Shown: in pieces, positions 12,212-22,019 of the stretch
Position numbering within the stretch: position 1 is the stretch's first letter
Layout of the letters: each line of letters starts with the position of its first letter
Source of the DNA: Fonticula alba ATCC 38817
Taxonomy: Eukaryota > Protista > Nucleariida
DNA: 23,044 nucleotides
Reading direction: 5' to 3' (one strand)
Assembly: GCA_000388065.2 (NCBI GenBank)
Contig: KB932221.1
Notes under the pieces: model-generated
Told to the model about the DNA's origin: nothing
Seen by the model: the letters and a program-made list of their open reading frames with translations, nothing else
Database searches by the model: none
Program-made: the position numbers and the translations under genes

Positions 12212-12283
12212 GGGAGATTAGTCTAGTGGTATGATTCTCGCTTCGGGTGCGAGAGGTCCCGAGTTCGATTCCCGGATCTCCCC
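12212..12283 (+). tRNA. trnP-CGG: tRNA-Pro (anticodon CGG), copy 3
   Basis: Identical 72 nt to copies 1 and 2; T5 terminator at 12289-12293. Confidence 0.95.
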
Positions 12284-13883
12284 CATACTTTTTCGATCTT
12301 TGGAGCTTGCTCATCTTGCCCGCCCGCGCACCACCGGAGCCCCTCCCGGAAGATGCGCGACGGGGCACATGTGTCTCTTTTGTGCCCAACATCTGTGTGC
12401 GTTCAGACACGCACGCGATCAATGACTTTGGCTCCCGGGCCCGGCTGAAGGCATGTCAGAAACAGGGGTTTCCTGGCGGGTATGTCCTCCAGCGGGGAAA
12501 AGTGACCCCGGATGGGCAAGGGATTGGAGCTTGATCACCCCCGATCCCGATGAAGGGATTCCCACTTTCAAGAGCAGTCAACCAGGCATACTATGCTGGA
12601 CGAGGTCCGGTTCGAGTCGTGCCTCGCCTGTGAGATGTGGAAACTGCCCCGGAAGTAGGGAAGATGGGGGGGGGGGGGGGGGGCGGGAGATGGAATAGGA
12701 GACATCAGTCAGAGGAAGGGAGATTCTCCCCGAGAGGAACTGGGAAAAGAGTGGCCAACCGTTTGGGGATCCCGCGAGGAATCAAGCGGGTTTCGCGTGT
12801 CGAGGCAAGCGGCAGCCATGTTGGCGGGAAAAAAAAAACCCGCGCGCCTGCTCCTCTTGGATGCTGCCAAATCCATCAATCCGAGCAGGCGGCATGCTGG
12901 TCCTGGTTGGGGCATACTTACCGCCCTTTTGTCCTTGCCTCCGGGGTGTCCGAAATGGTCGGACCTTGGCACGACAGACGTGACTCCAAAGTTGGGGCGG
13001 ACGCGACATCGGGTGTAATCTCTCGGAGATGGTTTCGCTTGGGCGATCGCGACCGCAAGATATCCGCCTGATATTTCGGGCCTCCCAGGAACAGGCCAGC
13101 ACGGCATGAGAGCCACCCTCGCCGGTGAGGGAAATCGTCGGCCGCACTTTCGGCATCACTTGCCGTGAAGGGAGCCCGCTACAAAGCCTATGTGCAGGTC
13201 TTTGAAAAGCCACAATGGTCCAAGCCACGCTCTGAGACATTACGACCTCGGCTCGAGGAAGGCCACCCCAGCCAGGGCCTCCAAGTTTGCTTGAACTGCA
13301 GACACACGCACGGACGAACACACACACACACGCACACACACACACACCGACATGGGCCTTTCCCTCGCCCTGCGAAAGCAATTGTCTTCCCAAGCTGGGG
13401 ATGACCAAGTTACGGCCCTCGCTCTCTCGGCATGTTCCGCCGGGGCGATGAGAGGGCAGGAAGGAGCAGGGGATTAAAGAACTGCCACCTCAGACACATT
13501 GACTGGCGAGGGGGGAGGAGGGGGCGGCGAAGGACCATGGCCCTCCACGTACAAGTCGCCTGAGTGATAGCCATGCAGAGCAAGCGCCTCTTTGGCCAAA
13601 TGGGCCGTATTGCTTGAGACGGGGCCAGCTGGCCAGCCAGCCCGTAGCTCGGCGTGACATGACTCTCTCCCTGGTGATTTACCCCGAAGGGCTGGCAATC
13701 GGGTGCCATTAGATCTGGAAGGTGGGGACGATTCTCCGGCCACACGGAGGACGACAAAGAAAGTAGTGCTGACCGGGCGGGTAAGTTCGAATGCCCCGAC
13801 GCCCGCGGCCATCGGAGACTAGTGCGGACGTGCAAAAGGACTTTGACGTGTCCCCCGTTGTCGCGACCTTACTTTGGACGCAC

Positions 13884-13995
13884 CTCGGCCAGGGCCCCCT
13901 CGCGCCAAAAGGAGCCCTTGTCGACAAAGGTCGACAGCTTGTGCGGATCGATGTGGCGGCAGATCGACAGGTGCTTGGCCCTTGCCGAGCCAACA
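13884..13995 (-). pseudogene. Isolated exon-like fragment (VGSARAKHLSICRHIDPHKLSTFVDKGSFWREGALAE); part of an unresolved gene or a pseudogene
   Basis: CTAAC branch-like motif (14010-14006), AAG acceptor, GAG|GTGCGT donor, and 32 of 37 codons ending in G/C. I could not join it into a full gene. Confidence 0.35.
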
Positions 13996-16900
13996 CTTAG
14001 GGAGCGTTAGGGCCGCTCGAGGACCGACGGGCCGAGCGTCGCGGCCGGTGCCTCGGTTCCCACTTGGACGGGGCACTTTTGGTCATCATGTAGAGGCCAA
14101 GAGAAACATCACCGAACACGGGCCACGGGACAGCCTTGGCGGTGCGGAGAAGATTTCAGTCGATTCAGGGGGAAGCTCAATTGCCATGCACAGCGCCTTG
14201 CTGCTTCCCGATCCACAGGCACGCGTGTCCGGAAGAATCGACCCGACTGGCGTGCCCTCCAGGTGAATACTAAGTTTTTCGTACACAAAGGCTCCACTCA
14301 GCAAGAGCAATGCATCCGCCAAGGCAGGCGACGGAAAGACGAAAACCCACTCGGATCCCCCTCGACAAGCCAGGAGATGGCCAAACAAATGGCCCCGTGG
14401 GCCATCCCCGACGAACGCGCTCACTACGCTGCGGGGGCGTGAACCGATTGGCTTCCATCCATGTGGACGCGCAGGAGGTGGAACATGTCATCTGCCCCGG
14501 CGAGCAGAGGTCGAAAACACACTTGCAATCATATGAGACACTTTTCTGTCCGGCCGACTTGCCATCTCGTCAACAGGAGATCGCCTCCGGGGAGGGGGGG
14601 GGGGGGGGGGGGTTCTGCAGCATGGGGTAGAATGTTCCGAAATCGAAGGGCCGCGACCTTGGGCTCACGAAAATGAGCGAGTGTCGTATTGGGACCACTG
14701 AGAGCCGTTTGTCGCGATAGCGACTTGGGATACCTCCTCCGCGACTCGAATTCCCGCGGGAGGAGGCTCTGGGTATTAATGCGTAGCTTTCGGGATGGCC
14801 ATTGGGGCCACAAGATGTGCATGCCGATGGCGCAAGGCGCCGGCCGCAGGCATTCTCGACAGGTGGGTGATGATGTGAGTTGGAGGGAGCTCACGCGGAG
14901 ACAGCCGGGATACTGGGAGCGATCCGTTTGTGTAGCTTCCCACACGAAGCCTCGGCAGGGGGAGGGAGCGCCATGTGTACTTGGCGCCGCCGGCTGCCAT
15001 TGGCGAGGAGGACGGTGCCAGCACTTGCAGCGCCCAAGAGTAGATCACGAATCAGATGCCCGTGGCCATCGGCCTAGCTTGTGTTCTTTGAGAGGGGTGA
15101 GCGGGCGTCATTGGCTTTCCCGCTTGCGAATGACGCATCAACTGTTTAAGGGTGAGTGGGGGAAAATGAAGTGCCCCACCGGGTAAGAGTGCCGTGATGT
15201 TGGGTTGTTGTGTCGATGAGCCCGAGCACTGGGGAATCGAGCTCCGGGGGCTGTCGGGTGACAAGGCAGACTACTAGTACCAGCTATAGTCCAAGAAAAA
15301 AGCCACGAAAGACGGGAACACATTGAGTCTCTATGACCATTCCTCAGGTAAAGTGGTCTGCGAACGCCTCCCCATTAGCTCTCTATAAGCCCTTAATGTC
15401 CACGAAAGTCATCCCTATGGGTGTCTGTTCGATTGGACTATGGTTCGCGGAACTCCAGGGCGTAGACGAGCGTTTTAAAATCAGGAGAAAGAAGAAAGAG
15501 GGGCGGAGGGCAGGCAGGAGGCGAGGGGAGTTTCAGCCTCCATGTTATAAGGATTGAAGGAGGCTTCGAACAGGGGCTCAAGACTCTACACTGACGAAAC
15601 GAAAAGATAGCCCACAGTCCCCCCCCCCTCCCTGACAACCACAATCTTTCCCAACCAGTTCAATTACTCATCTCCGTGAGCAGGCGACGAAGGGCTTGCC
15701 CATACTCAGGATCAGCCAATCAGAGGCTAAAGACGAGGACAATGTGACCCAGCAGGCAAGATTCTTGCGACGAAGAACTGCAACGCCAATGGTCAGCAGC
15801 GGCTATCATCGGCCGTCTGTATCACACGATCATTGAATGGAATGTGCAAAGTCAGAAAATGTCTCACATGATCGCACTTGATTGCAAGACCATGCGCCGA
15901 GGGGCTTCCTCTATCCATCACCAACCATTGTCTTCCAGACCAAGCCATTCGTCAATCGCTTTTAACCGGGATTATGTCGGGCGATGTATGGTGGCTGGAG
16001 TTCATATCTATTTGGGCAACCAGAAATGCGCAATATCCAACTAATTCATAGCTGGAAGGCGCAAGGCCCAGGAATAAACCGAGCGAATATTCCGAAGTGC
16101 AGGGACAATCTACCAAGGATTGATGCTTGGTACATTAGCCCGGATCGTTGACCGGACCGGCGGCCCCGGGTGCTAGGTGGTGCTGATGACGAAGCGGAAA
16201 GTAACCTCCAATCCCGATGTGTGTGTGGCAGACTGGGAGCATCTCAAGGACAGCGAAATATCGAAGAGTGATACATCCCAGGGTGGGTGCCGATGTAGCC
16301 TCCGCATCGACTACCTCCATTGTGACTGGTCGCGCGCATCGCCAGGAGACTCTGGCCCGCCCTGTCCGAGGGCAAATTTGCCGGGCGGAACATGGAAAAT
16401 GCGGAGCCCTGGCGAGCGTGTCTTGTGTGGCAGGCGCCCTGGTCCGGCTCCGGTGCCTGGTAGGAGATGCTCTGTCGCAAAAGGAAGCCCGGTGGGCTTC
16501 GCGAGGGCAATAGACCGCCAAAAAAAGCGAGGCCCTCCGCCAGCAGGTGTTCCCTGTCGGTGGGATCCCATTGGCTTCTTGGGTCTGGGGGGAATGAAAA
16601 GCGACTATGCCTCTCGGTGCTTGGAATCAATCACAAGCCCGAGACTGGAACACAGCCCTGTGGCATCAGCCAAGGTGGCGAGCAATCACCACAATCCCAG
16701 TTGTTTGGAAGGTCGACGCTCGATGTCGACTTTAAGGTCACCCCGGGTATCTGAAGGCGTGTGCCCCCCCCCCCCCCCCTCCGGGGGGATTAGGAGCGAG
16801 GGCCGGCTCTGGTCGGCTCGCTTGGTGTTTCGATTGGCATCCAAACCCCACAAGAACTCCCGCGAAGAGGCAAGCCGGGGCAAGAGCGGCAGGGGGCCAG

Positions 16901-18231
16901 GCTGGCTCGGGAAAATGAACACAAGTTCGGTGCCCTGTGGATGTTGAGATGCACGATGGTGCCAGGGCGCCCCCGACCTCATGGGCATTGATCGGCTGAA
17001 GGGTTTCCAAACACATACACAAATGCATGCCATTCTATTGGGTAAGGTGATCGATGTGTTGGCGATGACACCCTCGTCGGGATGGTGTGTACCCATAACT
17101 TGAAAGGAAGACTTTCCTGAGGACGAGGACGCTTGTCCAAGATAAGCCGACTGTGGAAAATGTCTCCCCTCTCAGGGCAGCCTCATGGACCAAAGGCGGC
17201 GTTGGAACCTCAGAGCAATCTCCGGTTACATATCGCGCCCCGCCCCTGAAAAAAAAGGCCCTTGGCTGTCTGCTCGCATGGGCCATGGGGACACCGCCCG
17301 AGACTGAATGTCTTTGAGGAAGGGAGCTCTCCTCCACTCGAAGGAACAACCGCATTGAACACTATGGTCTGGGACCATCAGGAGGGCGGCCCTAACGAAC
17401 CACAGGTCAGGCATAACAACTTGCCAAGTACCCTCGTGGACTGAGTCCACGACCCTTCGAGGTTCTTCACCGGGGCGAAGATGCACGGGACCCGGGAAGC
17501 CGCGGTGCCATCATAGTGAAGAAAAACATCGAAACGCGGCAGGAGCAAAGGGATCCTCGGAAGGACATTCCATCAAACATGATAGAATTGGGGCCCCGGT
17601 GCACTTGGAATATGCGATGGAAGGTGGATGGAGACCCGGCCTTGCCCGTTTCCATGAGAGTGGCACAAGCAAATGCACAGGGATAGCCAGGACGAATGGA
17701 CTCATTCTCGGCTAATTTTAAAATCAGCCCTTTTCTAACAGACACACCCTCAGGACAAGACCTTGGCCTCCCTGCTCCAATCCTGAAAGAGGGAAGTCTC
17801 TATTGCGTGGGAGCAGCGCCAGTGCGTGGAGCAAGAACGCCCTTCGGCAGAGGTGACTCCCCCTTGGTTGCGGGACTCTCTGGCAAACGAACATCAGAGC
17901 CCACCTACCCCCCTCCAGTACCGGCATCTGCCATTGACGAGGAAGGAGGGCCAAGACCAAGGACAACAGGAAAAACCATGTACAGAGGCCCTCGGGACCC
18001 GGCCCCTCCTTGGCATACTCCACAAGCAGTCACCATTGTCCCCCATAACCACCTGGCATGTCTTCCCCCCCCCCCCCCCCCCCCCCCCAACTTTGGGGTA
18101 GAGACGCTTGGCAACACAATTTGGGTACATTCATGAGCAAGCAGTATGTCCACCCGGACGCAAGCCAAAGGGATGCATGAAGAGAGGAAGACAGGAAGGG
18201 GAAAGAGGAGCCCCGGGGCTAAAAAGCAGAG

Positions 18232-18237
18232 TTTATT
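18232..18237 (-). promoter_or_regulatory. Polyadenylation signal AATAAA of the 18402..19193 gene
   Basis: AATAAA on the minus strand, about 165 nt after the TAA stop. Confidence 0.7.
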
Positions 18238-18401
18238 CGAGCGAGAGAGAGAGAGAGAGAGGACTGGATCTTGATCGGTTGTGGACCATATACCGGTCGG
18301 ACCAGGTGCCTTCGCGAGCTCTTGAAAGTGAGGGAGCCCCGGGAAAGGGGGACAAGGCCAAAGCCCAGGCTTGCATGTGCCAGCGCCGAAGAGAGGTGCA
18401 C

Positions 18402-19193
18402 TTAGGCAAGATCCCGGTAGTCATCCGCGACCAGGGCATACTTGTTGGCATCCTTGCAGTTGAGCTTGGTGAAGGTCTTGTAGCCGATGGAATCCTCCGG
18501 GCAGAAGACCGAGAAGGAGTAGGTGTTGTTGACCAGAGCACAAATGCCGAAGTCCTCGGCATACCGATCGACGATGCACTCAAAGGCATCCTCCAGGGCG
18601 CTGACACACTTCTTGTTGTTGCAAAGCGAGTCAAGAGAGAACCCGAGGAAATCGCCGTCCTCGCAGCTCTTGTAGGCACGGGTGAAGATCTTGTCCATGC
18701 CGATGTTGTCGCAGCCCTTCATCGGGAAGCTCTTGTTGCCGGCACTGGTAGGGTAGCGAGTCGGGCAGGAGAAGTACGAGAGATCGTCATTGGCAGCATC
18801 GGAATCGGGCTCGACCCTCTTGCAGAACTTCCGGTGCTCAATGGCATACTTGGAGCAATCCTCGAAGGCGTTCGAGGTGTTGACAGTCTTACCATCAAAG
18901 AGATTGGACTGCTCGACCATGCAAAGGCCAACCTGATGGGCACGCCGGAGGGCATAGGAAGAACAGGAGTCCTCCTCGATGGCGTCGGCGAAATCACGAA
19001 GGGCATACTCGCAGGGGTTGGAAGCGGAGTTGACCATGACACCGACCTCGTCGTTGATGGCCTGGCTAGCAACGCCCCGCTTAGCGGCAAAGCGGCTGGG
19101 CAGAGTAGCCAACTTCTTGGGGGCCTTCACGGAGCTGGCGGAGGCCACAGCCAGGATGGCGAAAAAGGCGAGCAGGAAGGTAGCCTTGAGCAT
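18402..19193 (-). CDS. Secreted 14-Cys protein, paralog 1 (263 aa), unknown family, intronless
   Basis: Start is AACG-ATG at 19193 (the ORF track starts 20 codons earlier at a GTG). Signal peptide MLKATFLLAFFAILAVASA; 14 Cys; strong C/G-ending codon bias; about 57% identical by hand count to 22276..23040 over the Cys core. Confidence 0.93.
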   Translation of the reverse strand: MLKATFLLAFFAILAVASASSVKAPKKLATLPSRFAAKRGVASQAINDEVGVMVNSASNPCEYALRDFADAIEEDSCSSYALRRAHQVGLCMVEQSNLFDGKTVNTSNAFEDCSKYAIEHRKFCKRVEPDSDAANDDLSYFSCPTRYPTSAGNKSFPMKGCDNIGMDKIFTRAYKSCEDGDFLGFSLDSLCNNKKCVSALEDAFECIVDRYAEDFGICALVNNTYSFSVFCPEDSIGYKTFTKLNCKDANKYALVADDYRDLA

Positions 19194-19240
19194 CGTTGGG
19201 GAGGGCGAGAGATTGGGGGCGAAGCAGACGGGGATGAGTG

Positions 19241-19387
19241 CGACTGAGGACACATGGATGGACTGAAGAGGTGGAGGGGCTGTCTTTTATACTTGCGGAA
19301 AAATATGATCCTGGCAGACTGGCCTGGATCATTTACACCATAAAGCCCCAGCGAAGGGCGTCGAGGGGAGGAGGGCTGACATATTGG
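19241..19387 (-). promoter_or_regulatory. Core Pol II promoter of paralog 1: CCAAT (19387-19383), TATAAAA (19291-19285), Inr-like TCAGTC (A at 19264; second copy with A at 19245)
   Basis: Perfect TATAAAA with an Inr-like TCAGT 27 nt downstream (canonical spacing) and a CCAAT about 95 nt upstream of the TATA. Confidence 0.7.
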
Positions 19388-19397
19388 CTGCATAGTT

Positions 19398-19483
19398 GGG
19401 GCGAGAGGGGGCGAGAGGGGGAGAGAGGGGGAGAGAGGGGGGGAGAGAGAGAGAGAGAAAGAAAGAAAGGGGGGTGGGGGGGG
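19398..19483 (+). repeat. 10-nt tandem repeat GGGG(C/A)GAGAG x~5 merging into a purine tract (G4/H-DNA prone), upstream of paralog 1
   Basis: ggggcgagag ggggcgagag ggggagagag ggggagagag gggggg(ag)n aaagaaagaaa ggggg t ggggggg. Confidence 0.8.
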
Positions 19484-19786
19484 TCCCCCACTCGGAATCA
19501 AGTAACAGGTGGGAGCATGTCCGGAGGGTAGAACAGCGATGAACGGGCTTGGGCCGAGGAAACGCGAGAACAACGCGCCTGATCGCCCCAATCCCGTCCT
19601 TTTACCCCGTTATAATGTGGCCTCATAAGAGACCTTCACCCCTGACCGATGTCTCAGATGAACACCCTGGTGTGAGGCAGCGTGGCCCTGGACAGCGAGG
19701 ACGGGCGGGGGCATTTGCGTCCCCGATTCATGCAAACAAATGCGCTTGCGTGCTTGTGGACGCCTCCGCGCGCGGGGGAGGGGGAA

Positions 19787-19788
<2 letters not shown>

Positions 19789-19842
<54 letters not shown>
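19789..19842. repeat. (AG)n microsatellite
   Basis: Read directly from the sequence. Confidence 0.95.
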
Positions 19843-20376
19843 GATGTACTCGAGCCTCTGGGGCGAGCCTTTCGAGGAGACAGAACTAGGACCTTGATGT
19901 TTGAGTCCTCGGAAGTGCCAACTCTGAACTCCAGAAAAGGCGGCGGCTCCGGAAGCGGGTGACGCACAAGGGGGGGGGGGGGATGTCTCCCCTGTGAACT
20001 CGACGCGGGGTCTAGGTCGGAGGATGGTCCGGGCCTCCAGGGGCCCGTTGGCAGCGCCGACTCGGGCGGGAACCGAGCCGGCCCCGGCCCAGGGCGGGGG
20101 CAACAGAAATCTTGAGTCGGAGGGGGTCCCTAAAAACCGATGCTGGTCCCTGGTCCTGGCTTCGCAGGATCTCCTGGCCACGCTCATCTGAGCGAACCAT
20201 TATATATGCAGCTCCATGGCCCTAAACCCACGCGATGGACCAACGACTACTCCTCATGCTCGGCCACCTGTTTGGGCGAAAGGGGCATTTCGCCCATGTG
20301 TAGCTGCAAGTTCGACTTTTAAAGGCAGGATTTTTACGCAGACAAGTTCGCGGGGCCCTTACTTGGTCTGTCGGCC

Positions 20377-20379
20377 AGA

Positions 20380-20424
<45 letters not shown>
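20377..20424. repeat. (AG)n microsatellite
   Basis: Read directly from the sequence. Confidence 0.95.
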
Positions 20425-20426
<2 letters not shown>

Positions 20427-20596
20427 CGAGCTCGCCCCTCGGACCGCGCGGATCGATCAACCCAGCAACGCGTCCTCATCCGCGATTACACTCAATAGGG
20501 CCGTCCCCCGGCTGCCCCCCTCCCCCCCCCTCCCTCCCCGAGCCTCCCTTTCTCGCATCTGGGGGACAAGCGCCCGGTCTGAGACCTTTCTTACAG

Positions 20597-20734
20597 GAGT
20601 GGCCCCTCGACCTGGAGATCGAAAGGATGCTCTCGAAGTTCTCCCGGTCCCGATTGTCCCTTCCAAATCTCGCTCAACACCAATCTCCCCTCAGGAGGGG
20701 CGTGAGCGATGTTGGCGCCGGTGTCTCCTCCACG
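20597..20734 (+). pseudogene. Isolated exon-like fragment (EWPLDLEIERMLSKFSRSRLSLPNLAQHQSPLRRG[VSDVGAGVSST])
   Basis: Acceptor ctttcttacAG; two phase-0 donors (GGC|GTGAGC after 20701, ACG|GTGAGG after 20734); 19 of the first 21 codons end in G/C. No partner exons found. Confidence 0.3.
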
Positions 20735-21721
20735 GTGAGGACAGTGGGAGGAAGAGCATCATGCTACCAGCAACCGGGCTGAGGATGCCCGCCATTGTCC
20801 AAGGGCTACTGCTCTCCAAGAGGCGCCTATGTCAGATGCTCGGACACATGCTGCTGCGCAGGACTCCGGACTAGTAGAGCCCTTCGAGAGCAGGATCCAA
20901 GGGCACCGTCTGGCGGGTAGACTGTGCTTGAATTTCGCCGGCGGCGAATCGTGGCTGGAAGCCTCTTGTAGAGGCCACAGCGGCGGATAGGATAGCGGGG
21001 CCATCGGCAGTCGGCACACCAGGGCAAGCCAATGGCAGAAGAGATCCAACGGTCCCGCAGACAAGACACCTTGGGGAAGAACAGCAAGTGGCCATGTTTT
21101 GTTTGCATCCGGCGGAGGCGTGAGCAATCCCGGGAGGGAGGGGGGGGGGAGGGGCGAGGGCAGCCAGGCCTGTATATGTGGGCCGAAAACCCTGAGAGCA
21201 CGGTCGGCTACCCTCCGGGCGCCGGGTTGGAGTCAAGGAGAAACGAGGCAGCCCGTGGTGTCCTTTTCCGGAAAAGCGAGAGCAACCCCGGCAGCTGGAG
21301 CAATTTGGGATGTGGAGAGTCCATATGTGCGGGACCAAAGTGTGTGGGCTTTTTTTCCCGAGGCTACTCTCATTCTCTTTGCACCCCTCTGAGAGGTAAT
21401 GCGACCAAAGGGAGGACAAAAAGGCGCGAACTCGAAGACGGTCCCCGCCGACAGGGGCCTGGCCACGGGCACTTGGGATTCGCCCTTCTCCTCGTCATCA
21501 TTGTCTTGGGCGTTGGGCAAAGGCGCCTGGGAGGCTGCCAGGGGTGCGCGTACACAGACTCGGGGGGTTGTGTTGGGGTGCCCCCCCCCCCCCCTCGGCA
21601 GGTTGGCTAGATTCTAGTCCCTCAAGTGCGAGGAGCAACTTCCTTTTGGGGTTTCGCAAACGGTATCTCGCACGTACCTCCTCCCTTTCGACGCATAATG
21701 GATCGTCTCTTTGGTGGCGTC

Positions 21722-21751
21722 TGTATGCACGTGCGCGCGCGCGCGCATGCA
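21722..21751. repeat. 30-nt perfectly alternating purine/pyrimidine near-palindrome (Z-DNA prone)
   Basis: tgtatgcacgtgcgcgcgcgcgcgcatgca. Confidence 0.85.
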
Positions 21752-22018
21752 GGGGGAGGGAACATGCAATACAAGCGCACTTCATGTGCATATCATTCTC
21801 CTTCCGTCTTCGAGGGGGGGGGGGGGGATAGAAAAAAGCTCTGAAGCCAGGTAACTTCTCTGACTGTGAAGGTATATCATCGCCCAGAGAACAGGATCTC
21901 TGGGCCATTGTGCCATCAAAAGTCGTCGACCGCTGCTTTCCAGCGGAGAGAGGGGGGGGAAAATATCAACAAGAAGTAGGCAGGATAATAATAAAGCAAG
22001 AAGGCAAGGTGTAAGACA

Positions 22019-22019
<1 letters not shown>

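Noticed and set aside
8192-12283. tRNA-derived SINE or CRISPR-like repeat-spacer interpretation of the three identical 72-mers
   Set aside because: Each copy is a complete cloverleaf followed directly by a T5 terminator, with no shared body or tail; spacing is irregular and kb-scale
12598-12625. B-box-like GAGGTCCGGTTCGAGTC resembling the tRNA-Pro T arm
   Set aside because: No A box or cloverleaf upstream
12914-13080. ATACTTACC, matching the U1 snRNA 5' end
   Set aside because: Only 9 nt match; no U1-70K loop (GATCACGAAG), U1A loop (ATTGCAC) or Sm site follows
13997-14012. Two TTAGGG hexamers
   Set aside because: Only two, non-contiguous, and coinciding with the putative branch point/acceptor; not a telomeric array
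14689-15186. ORF with ...RDGHWGHKMC..., vaguely like an integrase H2C2 zinc motif
   Set aside because: His/Cys spacing is wrong and there is no DDE core, RT or LTR nearby
16177-16947. 256-aa + strand ORF
   Set aside because: No recognisable domain or codon bias, and it crosses a poly-C tract; length is unremarkable at this GC content
18108-19247. 379-aa + strand ORF, and the 351-aa minus-strand ORF 21966..23021
   Set aside because: Antisense or frame-shifted shadows of the codon-biased 14-Cys genes
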